Assembly: GCA_964579845.1 (NCBI GenBank)
Contig: CAZOHC010000001.1
Coordinates: 27,196-91,195, forward strand
Source: an uncultured Gammaproteobacteria bacterium
GTDB lineage: Bacteria; Patescibacteriota; Microgenomatia; Levybacterales; UBA12049
Direction of reading: 5' to 3'
DNA: 64,000 bases
A program made the translations under genes and the position numbers. Below are positions 8,586-18,687 of this stretch, in pieces. How positions within the stretch are numbered: position 1 is the stretch's first letter; the number at the start of each line of letters is the position of its first letter. A model generated the notes under the pieces. The model was not told the origin of the DNA. It did no database searches and saw only the letters and a list, made by a program, of their open reading frames with translations.

Positions 8586-9973
8586 TAAAAAAACTATTAA
8601 GCATACGAATTCCTTCCGTCATCGGAATTCTTCTCCTGCTTATCGGAGTCGGCGTTACATCGTATCTTGTGGATCAGGGAATAATCTTTGAAGGAAGAGC
8701 AGCTCCTGAAAAAGAACCTGAGAATATCGCAATCACGAATGTCAGTCCGACGGGCTTTACCGTTCTCTATACGACCACGACAGCAGTACCGGGGACGATT
8801 TCATATGGAACGGAAAAAGAAGGAACAAATGTCGCGGTGGATGATCGGGATCGTGAAACAGGCAGATCAACTCCCTCAAAAATTCACCATATAACAGTAA
8901 GCAACCTGAACCCTTCAACGACGTACTATTTTTCTATTCTCTCAGGGGATGCAGTCTTTCTCAATGAAGACGAGCCGTATGAGGTGATGACAGCACCGAT
9001 GCTCCCCACACAGCCTGAAGAAACTCCGCCGATTACCGGATCAATTACGGTTCCTGAGGATGTCGAGGAGAAGCAGTCGATTGTCCTCATGACGTCTGAT
9101 GACTCGCAGATGGTCTCAGCGCTGGTCGATGAAGATGGATCCTATGTCATTCCGACCACAGGTATTCGCTCGGAAGACCTCTCAGCATACGCTGTCTTAC
9201 GTGACGACACCTTGTTTGATATGGTGGTATTGAATGCTTCCCGTACATCAACCGCTTCCGTACTGTACGAGAATACGAGCCCGATACCGCTCATTCTCTT
9301 GGGACAAGCATATGACTTCACCATCAGTAATGACCCACTCGATGACGGAACGATCGCATCAGAATCTGCAAATGTCAGCTTACCGGAAGTTACAACGAAC
9401 TCTTCAGACGAACCTTCCATTCAGATCGTTTCCCCTGAAGAAGAAGAAACATTTTCCGACCAACAGCCGGTTTTCCGCGGGAAGGCACTGCCCGGGAGTG
9501 AGATCGAGATACTCATCCATTCCGAGGGTCCTATCTCAGCAACTATTGAAGCAGACAGTGATGGGAGCTGGGAATTCCGACCTGAAACACCGTTAGCTCC
9601 CGGTAAGCATACGATTACGATTAAAACCCGTGACATTACCGGAACGCTTCGTGAATTCAGCAGGTCTTTTACGGTCTTCGCTCAAGGAAGTCAATTCGTC
9701 GAACCATCCGTCTCGCCGACCAGAACGCCCACGCCAACGCTGAGCCTAATGTCACCAACGCCGACCGCGAGTCCGACTGCTGTTCCGACACCGACTGAGT
9801 TCCCGACGCCGACACCGACCATAGTGTCCGAGGTGACTGCTCAACCATCCCCAACCAGGCCTCCGATGGAAGCTCCTGGAGCACGAGAAGTTGTTATCGG
9901 CGGTGTCATCGGTGTAACAACTATCCTGGCAGGGTTCCTGCTATTCTTCCTAACGAAAGGTTCGACGCTATGA
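8582..9973 (+). CDS. cell-surface protein with FN3/purple-acid-phosphatase-N-like and bacterial Ig-like domains, a Pro/Thr-rich stalk and a C-terminal TM anchor
   Basis: 463 aa; N-terminal TM; ITNVSPTGFTVLYTTTTAVPGTISYGTEKEG...STTYYFSI (FN3-like); PVFRGKALPGSEIEILIHSEGP...GKHTITIKTRD (Ig-like); PTRTPTPTLSLMSPTPTASPTAVPTPTEFPTPTPT linker; C-terminal hydrophobic helix. Confidence 0.7.
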   Translation: MIKKLLSIRIPSVIGILLLLIGVGVTSYLVDQGIIFEGRAAPEKEPENIAITNVSPTGFTVLYTTTTAVPGTISYGTEKEGTNVAVDDRDRETGRSTPSKIHHITVSNLNPSTTYYFSILSGDAVFLNEDEPYEVMTAPMLPTQPEETPPITGSITVPEDVEEKQSIVLMTSDDSQMVSALVDEDGSYVIPTTGIRSEDLSAYAVLRDDTLFDMVVLNASRTSTASVLYENTSPIPLILLGQAYDFTISNDPLDDGTIASESANVSLPEVTTNSSDEPSIQIVSPEEEETFSDQQPVFRGKALPGSEIEILIHSEGPISATIEADSDGSWEFRPETPLAPGKHTITIKTRDITGTLREFSRSFTVFAQGSQFVEPSVSPTRTPTPTLSLMSPTPTASPTAVPTPTEFPTPTPTIVSEVTAQPSPTRPPMEAPGAREVVIGGVIGVTTILAGFLLFFLTKGSTL

Positions 9974-11268
9974 GGATAGGTATTATCGGGGCAGGCTTCA
10001 CGGGACTGAGTGCCGGATACAATCTCGCAAAAAAAGGCCATGAAGTAACAATTATTGAGAAAGATAGCCACCCGGGAGGGCTAGCAATAGGATACAAGGA
10101 GCCTGCATGGGATTGGTCACTTGAGAAACACTATCATCATTGGTTCACAAATGATGACTTCGTTCTCCGCCTCGCAAAAGAAATAGGTCATGAGGTCATT
10201 ACCAAACGACCGAAAACGTCTGTATATCTGCGGGGCAAGTTGCATCAACTCGACTCTCCTGCACATGTCCTACGTTTTTCTGAACTCTCAATCATACAAA
10301 GGTTTCGGATGGCAACAGTTCTGGGACTGCTCAGGTACAACCCTTTTTGGAAACCACTTGAAAAAATAAAAGCAGAACCGTTCCTAAAAAAAACCATGGG
10401 AGAAAAAGCGTACACCCTGTTGTGGGAGCCACAATTTCAGAATAAGTTCGGCGATTTTGTCGGTGAGGTCTCACTTGCCTGGTTCTGGGCTCGTATTACT
10501 AAACGGACGCCGTCACTCGCATATCCGAAAAAAGGATTTCTCCCGTTTGCAGAACACCTCGTCAAATCCATCAGAGAAAAAAACGGAACAGTACTCTTTT
10601 CAACCGAGGTGACTACGCTGCGTGATGAGGAGAAAACAACGATTACGACAACAAACGAAAAAGGGGAGAAGCAAACACACATCTTTGATAAAGTCATCGT
10701 AACGCTCCCGTCATTCCTTTTCGTCAAAACAACGCCGCAACTGCCTGACAGCTATGTGCGCAGTCTGAATAAACTAAAAGGACTCGGTGCAACCAACCTT
10801 GTTCTGCGGCTTAAGAAACCGTTTTTTGCCGATAACACCTACTGGTTATGTGTTTGCGAGAAAAAAAGCCCTGTCATGGCAATTGTTGAACATACGAACT
10901 TTATGGAGAAAAAACACTATAACAACGAACACCTCCTCTATCTCGGCAACTACGTCGCACCTGATCATGCATATTTCTCTATGAATGAACACGAGATGCT
11001 ACAACACTTTGATCCCTTCCTGAAAAAAATAAACCCTGAATATCAAGACAACCTTATCGGGATGAAGCTCTTTAAAGCTCCCTTTGCCCAGCCGATTATT
11101 CCGGTAAACTATTCAAAAATCCTCCCATCAATGGTTACGCCTCTTCAAAACGTGATTCTCGCGAATATCGAACAGGTCTATCCCTGGGACCGGGGAACAA
11201 ACTACGCTGTCGAACTGGGTGAGATCGCCGCAGGGCTCGTTACACAAGCACATCATGAAGCTGAGTAA
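9970..11268 (+). CDS. NAD(P)/FAD-dependent oxidoreductase, UDP-galactopyranose-mutase/amine-oxidase-like Rossmann flavoprotein
   Basis: 432 aa; N-terminal GIIGAGFTGLSAGYNL...IIEKDSHPGG dinucleotide fold; HYHHWFTNDDFV resembles the Glf (UGM) motif GAHIFHTNDKYIW. Confidence 0.7.
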   Translation: MRIGIIGAGFTGLSAGYNLAKKGHEVTIIEKDSHPGGLAIGYKEPAWDWSLEKHYHHWFTNDDFVLRLAKEIGHEVITKRPKTSVYLRGKLHQLDSPAHVLRFSELSIIQRFRMATVLGLLRYNPFWKPLEKIKAEPFLKKTMGEKAYTLLWEPQFQNKFGDFVGEVSLAWFWARITKRTPSLAYPKKGFLPFAEHLVKSIREKNGTVLFSTEVTTLRDEEKTTITTTNEKGEKQTHIFDKVIVTLPSFLFVKTTPQLPDSYVRSLNKLKGLGATNLVLRLKKPFFADNTYWLCVCEKKSPVMAIVEHTNFMEKKHYNNEHLLYLGNYVAPDHAYFSMNEHEMLQHFDPFLKKINPEYQDNLIGMKLFKAPFAQPIIPVNYSKILPSMVTPLQNVILANIEQVYPWDRGTNYAVELGEIAAGLVTQAHHEAE

Positions 11269-12901
11269 TAAAACGTACGTCATCCTCATCATACTGCTCG
11301 TAATCGGTATTTTTCTTCGATTTTTCAATCTGGATTGGGGAGCGCCGTATTATTTTCACCCTGATGAGCGGAACATGGCATTTTCCGTTACACAACTTTC
11401 GTTCCCCGACCAGATGAATCCGAATTTTTTTGCGTACGGATCACTCCCTTTGTATGCTATCTTTTTTACCGGACTTCTCTCGAATTTTTTTACCGAATGC
11501 CGATTTGCACTCACCTCCTGTACAGTTTCGTTTGAACAAGCGATCCTCATAAGCAGATTCTTTTCAGCGTTATTTTCAGTCGGTCTTATCCCGCTTTTGT
11601 TTCTTACCGGTAAGAAGCTCTACGGGCAAATGCCGGGTCTCCTCGCTGCGACTCTGGCTACGATAAGTGTCGGTTTTATTCAGTTTGCTCATTTCGGAAC
11701 AACTGAGATGTGGTTAACATGCTTCAGTCTCCTCTTTTTTTATCTTTTACTGCATACAGAACGTCACATATCGCGTAAAATTCTGCTGCTCCTGGGGGTG
11801 ACGGCAGGAGTGCTCATCTCGACCAAGGTCTCAACCGCTGTACTTTTCATACTGCCATTTCCGGTTTTTTTATTTTCGTATAAAAAGCATCACAGCACGA
11901 CGCTTCATCAGATACGCAGAGCAGGACTCGTTTTTTTTCTATTCCTCTGGGTAGCAGGAGTGGTGTATCTGCTCACGAATCCTTTTGTAATCCTGGACAC
12001 GACAGCATTCCTAAACAGTATGCGGTACGAATCAACGCTCGCAACAGGTTCACTCCCGGTTTTTTATACACAGGAATTTTTCGATACCGTTCCTCTTTTG
12101 TATCAGTTCTCATCTATCTATCCGTTTCTTCTCAATCCTCTGGTGACGGTTTTTTTTCTTCCCGCTTTTTTATATCTGACAGTTTTCGCACTCAAACGAT
12201 TTGATAAACAGATCTTGCTTCTCCTGTGCTTTTTTCTCATACTCTTTTTCTCTCAGGCACTCCTTTTCGTGAAATGGACACGATATATGGTTCCAACCCT
12301 GCCGTTTATCTACCTCATCTTTTCAGGTGCGCTGTATAATCTGGCTGAGCAGCTTGACCGCAGTCAGCGCGTACTGATCCTTTACCGAGGCGGTCTATCA
12401 ATACTGCTCCTTGTATCAAGTTTCATTGCCGGATCCTATTTCATAACCGTTTACGGAAGAAGCGATACCAGAATTGAAGCGGCAGCCTGGGCAGAGAAGA
12501 GTATTCCTCACGACGCACAGATTTTGAGTGAAGTATACGACCTCGGGATTATTCCATTTAATGATCATTTTGCGAATGTGGCACTCTTTAACTTTTACGA
12601 GCTGGACGAAACAAGTACGGATACTACGCCTGAGCAATTATCAGCGTATATAGAAGATGCAGCGTATGTAATCTTACCCAGCCAACGCTTGTATAAAACC
12701 AGGCTTAAACAACAAGAGCGGTTTCCCCTCGGTCATGAGTTTTATACTGGCTTGAATGATGAGACTGCCTACCGTAAACTATATGAAACACACTGCGACA
12801 TGCTGTGTCAGATCGTTTACTTGGGCGACCCAGTCTTTTCGTATGAAGGAACAGCAACGGTTTTTGACCGACCGACGGTCATGATCTATCAGAAACTATG
12901 A
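11255..12901 (+). CDS. GT-C fold (PMT/ArnT family 39/83-like) membrane glycosyltransferase, paralog 1
   Basis: About 548 aa polytopic membrane protein; first extracytoplasmic loop NLDWGAPYYFHPDERNMAFSV...FFAYGSLPLY (Asp-Glu motif typical of GT-C transferases that use polyprenyl-P-sugar donors). Start at MKLSNKTY (11255) overlapping the upstream stop. Confidence 0.65.
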   Translation: MKLSNKTYVILIILLVIGIFLRFFNLDWGAPYYFHPDERNMAFSVTQLSFPDQMNPNFFAYGSLPLYAIFFTGLLSNFFTECRFALTSCTVSFEQAILISRFFSALFSVGLIPLLFLTGKKLYGQMPGLLAATLATISVGFIQFAHFGTTEMWLTCFSLLFFYLLLHTERHISRKILLLLGVTAGVLISTKVSTAVLFILPFPVFLFSYKKHHSTTLHQIRRAGLVFFLFLWVAGVVYLLTNPFVILDTTAFLNSMRYESTLATGSLPVFYTQEFFDTVPLLYQFSSIYPFLLNPLVTVFFLPAFLYLTVFALKRFDKQILLLLCFFLILFFSQALLFVKWTRYMVPTLPFIYLIFSGALYNLAEQLDRSQRVLILYRGGLSILLLVSSFIAGSYFITVYGRSDTRIEAAAWAEKSIPHDAQILSEVYDLGIIPFNDHFANVALFNFYELDETSTDTTPEQLSAYIEDAAYVILPSQRLYKTRLKQQERFPLGHEFYTGLNDETAYRKLYETHCDMLCQIVYLGDPVFSYEGTATVFDRPTVMIYQKL

Positions 12902-14610
12902 GGAACCTGCGATTTTTTATTCTCTTTTATGCCGTTTTTTTTCTGGCCGGCATCCTTCGCCTCTATAACGTGAACTGGGATAGCGGTTTCCACATGCATC
13001 CTGATGAACGTTCCATCACACTTTCTGTGATCTCCCTCGCGTTTCCTACTAGTCTGACGGAATTTTTCTCACCAGATAGTCCGTGGAATCCCAAGTTTTT
13101 TGCGTACGGGAGCCTCCCGTTTTACCTGTTATATGTGGCAGGAAACATCGGTGGACTCCTCCAGCCTGCATTCGCGACCTATGAAAGTATTAACATTATC
13201 GGACGGTATCTTTCAGCATTTTTTGACTTGGGAACTCTTGTTTTTGTTTTTCTCATCGGACGAAAAATTCTCCCGGTGAGATATGCGTTGCTGGGTATGT
13301 TTTTTTATGCCATCAGCGTGCTGCCGATTCAGCTATCTCATTTTTATGCAGTCGATACGATCCTGACTTTTTTTATCACAGGAACACTGTATTTCCTCAT
13401 CCGGTACTATGAATCGTATTCAACAAAAGATGCAGTTCTCATCGGCTTGTTTTTCGGTGCAGCGCTCGCGACAAAGATCAGCGCAATGGTTCTTCTGGTC
13501 TCAATCGGCACGGCACTAACCGTTGATTACCTCCTGCTTATCCTTAGACAGCCGAGAAAGCAGGCAAACTATCTTCCCCATCTCCCGAAGTTTTTGCGAC
13601 GGTTCCTGAAGCACACACTGATCATTCTCATCGTTGCATTCCTAACCTTTTTGCTTCTTGAACCGTATGCGCTCATCGATTTCCCGACCTTTATCCGCCA
13701 AACTATCGAGCAATCAAAAATGACTGCGAGTGCCTTTACCTTTCCTTATACTCTGCAGTACGTCGGGAAACTGCCGTATATATATGAAATCAGGAATCTC
13801 ATGCTATTCGGGCAGGGTATCTTGTTGGGGATTCTCTGCCTCGCGGGAATACTGTTCCTGACGTATCATGCTTTTCTGAAGCAAAAAAAGGATGCATGGG
13901 CGAAAGAATTCATACCGGTCATGTACTTCTGGATCTATTTTATTATCGTCGGCAATTTTGCAATCGGCTTCATGCGCTACATGCTGCCTCTCTATCCGCT
14001 CCTGGCAGTCACCGGTGCTTTCTTCCTCTACCAAGGTGTGAAATTCTTTCCGGTCCTTAAAAGTCGTTTCTTGCTGACAGTCGGAGGAGGCATGCTGTGT
14101 CTCCTTCTTTTGATTTGGCCGCTTAGTTTTATGCAGATTTACCAAACGGAGAATACCAGAATCAGAGCCAGTAACTGGATTCACACGAACATACCACCGG
14201 GGAAAGTTCTGGGTATTGAGCACTGGGATGACGCACTTCCCCTGACCGGGCAGATGCAGTATCCGCTCGTCACTCTCACGCTCTATGATGAAGATACACC
14301 GCAGAAATGGGACGTAATCAGACAACAACTACGTGAGATCGATTACCTTATCCTGGCTTCAAACCGACTGTATACTCCGCTTATGAAATTAACCGACTGC
14401 AAATCACTTCCTCCCGGAAGATGTTACACTGACACAGCTGAATACTACACCAGCCTTTTTAACGGCTCACTCGGTTTTGAGAAAGTTGCGGATATCTATG
14501 AGTATCCGACGGTTCCTCTGACAAACATTTCCATGCCTGACCAACACGCTGATGAATCCTTTACCGTCTATGACCACCCCCGTATCATGATTTTTAAGAA
14601 AATAGAGTAA
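12898..14610 (+). CDS. GT-C fold membrane glycosyltransferase, paralog 2
   Basis: 570 aa; NVNWDSGFHMHPDERSITLSV...FFAYGSLPFY, same motif arrangement as the upstream paralog; ATGA overlap with it. Confidence 0.65.
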   Translation: MRNLRFFILFYAVFFLAGILRLYNVNWDSGFHMHPDERSITLSVISLAFPTSLTEFFSPDSPWNPKFFAYGSLPFYLLYVAGNIGGLLQPAFATYESINIIGRYLSAFFDLGTLVFVFLIGRKILPVRYALLGMFFYAISVLPIQLSHFYAVDTILTFFITGTLYFLIRYYESYSTKDAVLIGLFFGAALATKISAMVLLVSIGTALTVDYLLLILRQPRKQANYLPHLPKFLRRFLKHTLIILIVAFLTFLLLEPYALIDFPTFIRQTIEQSKMTASAFTFPYTLQYVGKLPYIYEIRNLMLFGQGILLGILCLAGILFLTYHAFLKQKKDAWAKEFIPVMYFWIYFIIVGNFAIGFMRYMLPLYPLLAVTGAFFLYQGVKFFPVLKSRFLLTVGGGMLCLLLLIWPLSFMQIYQTENTRIRASNWIHTNIPPGKVLGIEHWDDALPLTGQMQYPLVTLTLYDEDTPQKWDVIRQQLREIDYLILASNRLYTPLMKLTDCKSLPPGRCYTDTAEYYTSLFNGSLGFEKVADIYEYPTVPLTNISMPDQHADESFTVYDHPRIMIFKKIE

Positions 14611-14657
14611 GCGAGCGCATTTGCTACAGTAGGATATCGCATAGTACAATAGTCCTA

Positions 14658-15695
14658 ATGACAAAACGGGTCTTTATCACAGGCGGAACCGGCTTTTTAG
14701 GAGTCCATCTGGCCAGGCGTTTTTTACGGGAAAAATGGGATGTCACCCTCTATGACATCGCACCGCTTGATGCCAAAGACCTTATCGGAAAAGTAGAGGT
14801 CATAAGAGGAGATATCCGTGACCTTGCTGCCGTTAAGAAGGCAATGAAAAAGCATGACTACGTCGTTCATGCAGCAGCAGCACTGCCGATACAGCGCACG
14901 AAACAAGCGATTTACAGTGTGAATATTGACGGGACCAATAACGTCCTCACGGCAGCACTTGAACAGCATGTCAAACGAGTAGTCTTCATTTCAACAACAG
15001 CCGTGTACGGTGTTCCGAAACATTTACCGGAAAAAGAAGACAGTCCGCTTGACCCGATCGGCTACTACGGTGAATCAAAAGTTAGAGGCGAAGAACTTTG
15101 TTTTGCGTTTGAGAAGCGAGGGCTCGAGTCCAATATCATCAGGCCGAAAACTTTTTTAGGACCTGAGCGTTTAGGCGTTTTCTCGCTCTGGTTTGAGGCG
15201 ATGTTTAACGGACATAGGATTTTCATTCTCGGTAACGGCAACAATAAATACCAACTTCTCGCAGTCGAGGATGTTGTTGACGCAGTCTTCAGAGCACTGA
15301 CTTCCCGAGTTCACGGAGAGATATTTAATATTGGCGCAGAAAAATTCCAAACCTGGAGAAAGGATCTTGAGGACATTATCAGAGAACATAACTCCGCTTC
15401 AAAAGTCACCGGCCTTCCCGTCTTGCCGTCACAGATCATCCTCCGAGTCCTCGAAACTTTGAAGCTCTCTCCACTTTCAGCATGGCACTACATGACAATG
15501 CCGGTCCCGTCGTACGTCTCAACCGAGAAAGCACAGAAGCTTCTCGGCTGGCAAGCGACACAGTCAAATAAAGAGATACTTTCGACCAGTTACCGCTGGT
15601 ATAAAGAAAATCGGAAGAAATTACTGAGTCGAAAAGGAAACACACACAGAGTAGGATGGAACTTCAAACTGCTTTCGTGGGTTGCACGACTGTAA
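14658..15695 (+). CDS. NAD-dependent epimerase/dehydratase (extended SDR)
   Basis: 345 aa; ITGGTGFLG Rossmann motif, catalytic YGESK, extended-SDR length; TACAAT -10 box 7 nt upstream of the ATG. Confidence 0.85.
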   Translation: MTKRVFITGGTGFLGVHLARRFLREKWDVTLYDIAPLDAKDLIGKVEVIRGDIRDLAAVKKAMKKHDYVVHAAAALPIQRTKQAIYSVNIDGTNNVLTAALEQHVKRVVFISTTAVYGVPKHLPEKEDSPLDPIGYYGESKVRGEELCFAFEKRGLESNIIRPKTFLGPERLGVFSLWFEAMFNGHRIFILGNGNNKYQLLAVEDVVDAVFRALTSRVHGEIFNIGAEKFQTWRKDLEDIIREHNSASKVTGLPVLPSQIILRVLETLKLSPLSAWHYMTMPVPSYVSTEKAQKLLGWQATQSNKEILSTSYRWYKENRKKLLSRKGNTHRVGWNFKLLSWVARL

Positions 15696-15740
15696 ACGTA
15701 CCGGATTTCTCACACCGCAGAAGTTGCGGTTAGTATTACT

Positions 15741-16307
15741 ATGAACATAGGTTTTGATTTTGATAAAGTATTTATAGATTACCCACCTGTTATTCCTGAT
15801 TATTTCTTTGATCGTTTTTATAAAAAAAAAGCAAACGGCCAACTCCTCTACAGAATTCCGTCAAAGCCTGAACAGACATTACGCCTACTCACCCACTTAC
15901 CTTATCTCAGACCGGTCATCAAAGAAAACCTGCGTTTTCTTAAAACTCTCCCGCAGGAAAAACATCATCTTTACCTTATCTCAAGCAGATTCGGTTTCCT
16001 CGAGGAGGTGACGGATCGAATTGTGAAAAAACATGGTTTTGATAAGATTTTTGATGAGCTCTTTTTCAACTTCCGAAATGAGCAACCGCATACATTTAAG
16101 AACAAGGTGATAAAAAAACTCAAACTCGACGTGTATATTGATGATGACCTTCCACTCGTGCGTTATGTCGCTAAAGATAACCGCCAAACACAGTTCTACT
16201 GGCTGAATAGTAAAATAACAGGAACTATCTCGCCTAATATTACCGCCATAACCAAGCTTTCAGATATTTCGCATACTACTCCGAAAAAAAACGCTACCGG
16301 AAAATAA
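15741..16307 (+). CDS. HAD-superfamily hydrolase-like protein
   Basis: 188 aa; motif I FDFDKV, distal YIDDD motif. Confidence 0.55.
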   Translation: MNIGFDFDKVFIDYPPVIPDYFFDRFYKKKANGQLLYRIPSKPEQTLRLLTHLPYLRPVIKENLRFLKTLPQEKHHLYLISSRFGFLEEVTDRIVKKHGFDKIFDELFFNFRNEQPHTFKNKVIKKLKLDVYIDDDLPLVRYVAKDNRQTQFYWLNSKITGTISPNITAITKLSDISHTTPKKNATGK

Positions 16308-16331
16308 TATTGTATACTGGAGATTAATTCT

Positions 16332-18632
16332 ATGGCTTTAAATGAGATACTGCTTGTCCTCAGATGGTGGGGCATGTTTTTTTTGCTATCTGTGACGGTT
16401 CTTCCGTTAACTGCTGTTTTATTCCGGTCATTTTTCGATAAAGGATACATTTTCTCAAAAGCGATCAGCTTAATACTGCTCTCATATATTACGTTGCTGT
16501 TTGGCACTTTGCAGGTGTTTCCCTTTACCTCGTACACGCTGATTTTCTATTTGTTGCTCATTACCGTTTTGAGTTACTTCGGACTGAGTTTCATACCATC
16601 CTTTGAAACAGGCAGGAAACACCTGCCCGCACTTATTTCAAAGTACTGGAAGATTATCTTCGTTGAGGAGGTGCTGTTCCTGGCAGGATTGTTCTTTTTA
16701 GCGTACATACGGGCTTTTTCTCCTGACATTCACGGACTCGAAAAGTATATGGACTACGGCTTTATGAACAGTATCCTGCGTTCTGATGTTTTCCCTCCGA
16801 AAGACATGTGGCTTACTCCGTTTTCAATAAACTACTATTACTTCGGTCACTTTACCGGGGCAGTACTGACCAAGCTTTCGCACATCGCCCCGAATCTTTC
16901 GTATAACCTTATTCTTGCCGGGGTATTCTCGCTGAGTTTTACCATGGCTTTTTCACTGGGAGCGAACCTCTTCCATCTGATTGGGCTGAAAGGGCGATTT
17001 CAGCAGTTGAAAACTACCGTGGCAGGGTTGTTAACAGCATTCCTCGTCACACTCGCAGGCAATCTCCATACGATGTATGCATTCTTCAGCCCGTATGAAA
17101 ATGAGAAGCCGGTCCCTGTCTGGGAATTATCATTTCTTCCTGCATCATTTCCTAACAGCTATTGGTACCCGAATGCGACCCGATTTATCTACAACACGAT
17201 TCATGAATTTCCGATCTATTCCTGGGTCGTCGCTGACTTACACGGGCATGTCTTCGATATCCCATTCGCCCTCACGACACTCGCTTTGCTTCTCTCTTTT
17301 CTCGTAACGTTCTCGCAGAAGAACACTCAAGGATCATCGACAATGCATAAGAAGTCGTCGCTTAGCTCCATCATTCGAAATCATCCTTTTCCGATGTGGT
17401 CGATACCGATCCTCGGATTTATGCTCTCGGTATTGTACATGACCAATGCATGGGACGGCTTGATATATTTACTACTGAGCGGTTTATTTATTCTCTACAT
17501 CCATCTGGTTCTTTTTCCCCAGAAGCAGAAAAGGTCATGGAGATTTCTTTTATCAGCTCCGTTCATGTTTCCGCTCGTACTCTCAGGTTCGATCTTATTC
17601 ATCAGCTTTTCTGTCTTCTCACTTCCGTTTTCGCTTCACTTTAAGCCTTTTGTCTCAGGAATCGGAGTCCTCTGCGCACCGGAATTTCTCGTTCAAATGA
17701 AGACACTCGGTCCATTTTTATTTGAGGCAGATCACTGTCAGCGTTCTCCTTGGTGGCAGCTTATGATGCTATACGGATTTTTTTACATCTACATCTTCTC
17801 TTTTCTCATCTTCCTGTTCAAAGTACGAAAAGTCAGAATTTCTGACACCTATGTTTTGCTCCTTATTATTCTGGGTACGCTCTTGATTCTTATTCCTGAG
17901 TTTATTTACGTGAAAGATATTTACCCTGCACACTACCGAGCGAATACGATGTTTAAGTTGGTATTTCAGTCATTTATCTTATTTTCAGTTGTCAGCAGTT
18001 ATACCATTGTCCGAATCACAAGCGCGATGCGAAGCCGCACGCTCACTTTTTTTGAGAAGTTGGCATCCGTCGGCTTCATTCTGCTCACGCTGCTACTTTT
18101 AACATTAGTCGGTATCTATCCGGTCCAAGCAATTAACTCGTATTATGGCGAATTAAAACACTACGCAGGAATCGACGGAACAAAGTATCTAGAAAAGCTC
18201 TACCCGTCTGACTATCAGGCTATCCGCTGGCTTAATGAGCATGTGACGGGACAGCCGGTCATCCTTGAAGCACAGGGAGATTCTTACACTGACTATGCGA
18301 GAGTTTCTGCCAATACCGGCTTACCGACTGTCCTCGGCTGGACAGTACATGAATGGCTTTGGCGAAATTCTTATGATGTCCCGAATCCACCTGCTGATCC
18401 GAACGTGATCTACGAAGTTCCGGCACCGAGAATTGTTGAAGTTCAGACATTGTATGAGACTGCTGATATTACCGAAACCAGGCGCTTACTTCAAAAGTAT
18501 ACGATTGAGTATGTTTTCCTCGGAGCACTGGAGCGACAGAAATACCCGAGTCTCAATGAAGAGAAGTGGAACCATCTCGGCGAACGTATATTCTCCCATG
18601 ACTCCACGATGATTTATCGAGTCACCAAGTAG
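16332..18632 (+). CDS. large polytopic membrane protein (DUF2298-like; possible GT-C-type glycosyltransferase)
   Basis: 766 aa with more than 12 predicted TM helices and a C-terminal soluble domain (GLPTVLGWTVHEWLWRNSYD) reminiscent of DUF2298/COG5427 proteins. Confidence 0.55.
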   Translation: MALNEILLVLRWWGMFFLLSVTVLPLTAVLFRSFFDKGYIFSKAISLILLSYITLLFGTLQVFPFTSYTLIFYLLLITVLSYFGLSFIPSFETGRKHLPALISKYWKIIFVEEVLFLAGLFFLAYIRAFSPDIHGLEKYMDYGFMNSILRSDVFPPKDMWLTPFSINYYYFGHFTGAVLTKLSHIAPNLSYNLILAGVFSLSFTMAFSLGANLFHLIGLKGRFQQLKTTVAGLLTAFLVTLAGNLHTMYAFFSPYENEKPVPVWELSFLPASFPNSYWYPNATRFIYNTIHEFPIYSWVVADLHGHVFDIPFALTTLALLLSFLVTFSQKNTQGSSTMHKKSSLSSIIRNHPFPMWSIPILGFMLSVLYMTNAWDGLIYLLLSGLFILYIHLVLFPQKQKRSWRFLLSAPFMFPLVLSGSILFISFSVFSLPFSLHFKPFVSGIGVLCAPEFLVQMKTLGPFLFEADHCQRSPWWQLMMLYGFFYIYIFSFLIFLFKVRKVRISDTYVLLLIILGTLLILIPEFIYVKDIYPAHYRANTMFKLVFQSFILFSVVSSYTIVRITSAMRSRTLTFFEKLASVGFILLTLLLLTLVGIYPVQAINSYYGELKHYAGIDGTKYLEKLYPSDYQAIRWLNEHVTGQPVILEAQGDSYTDYARVSANTGLPTVLGWTVHEWLWRNSYDVPNPPADPNVIYEVPAPRIVEVQTLYETADITETRRLLQKYTIEYVFLGALERQKYPSLNEEKWNHLGERIFSHDSTMIYRVTK

Positions 18633-18687
18633 ACACTTGGAAGCTGCACGACGTTATACACTGACTGAGACGTGTTATAATCCATGC

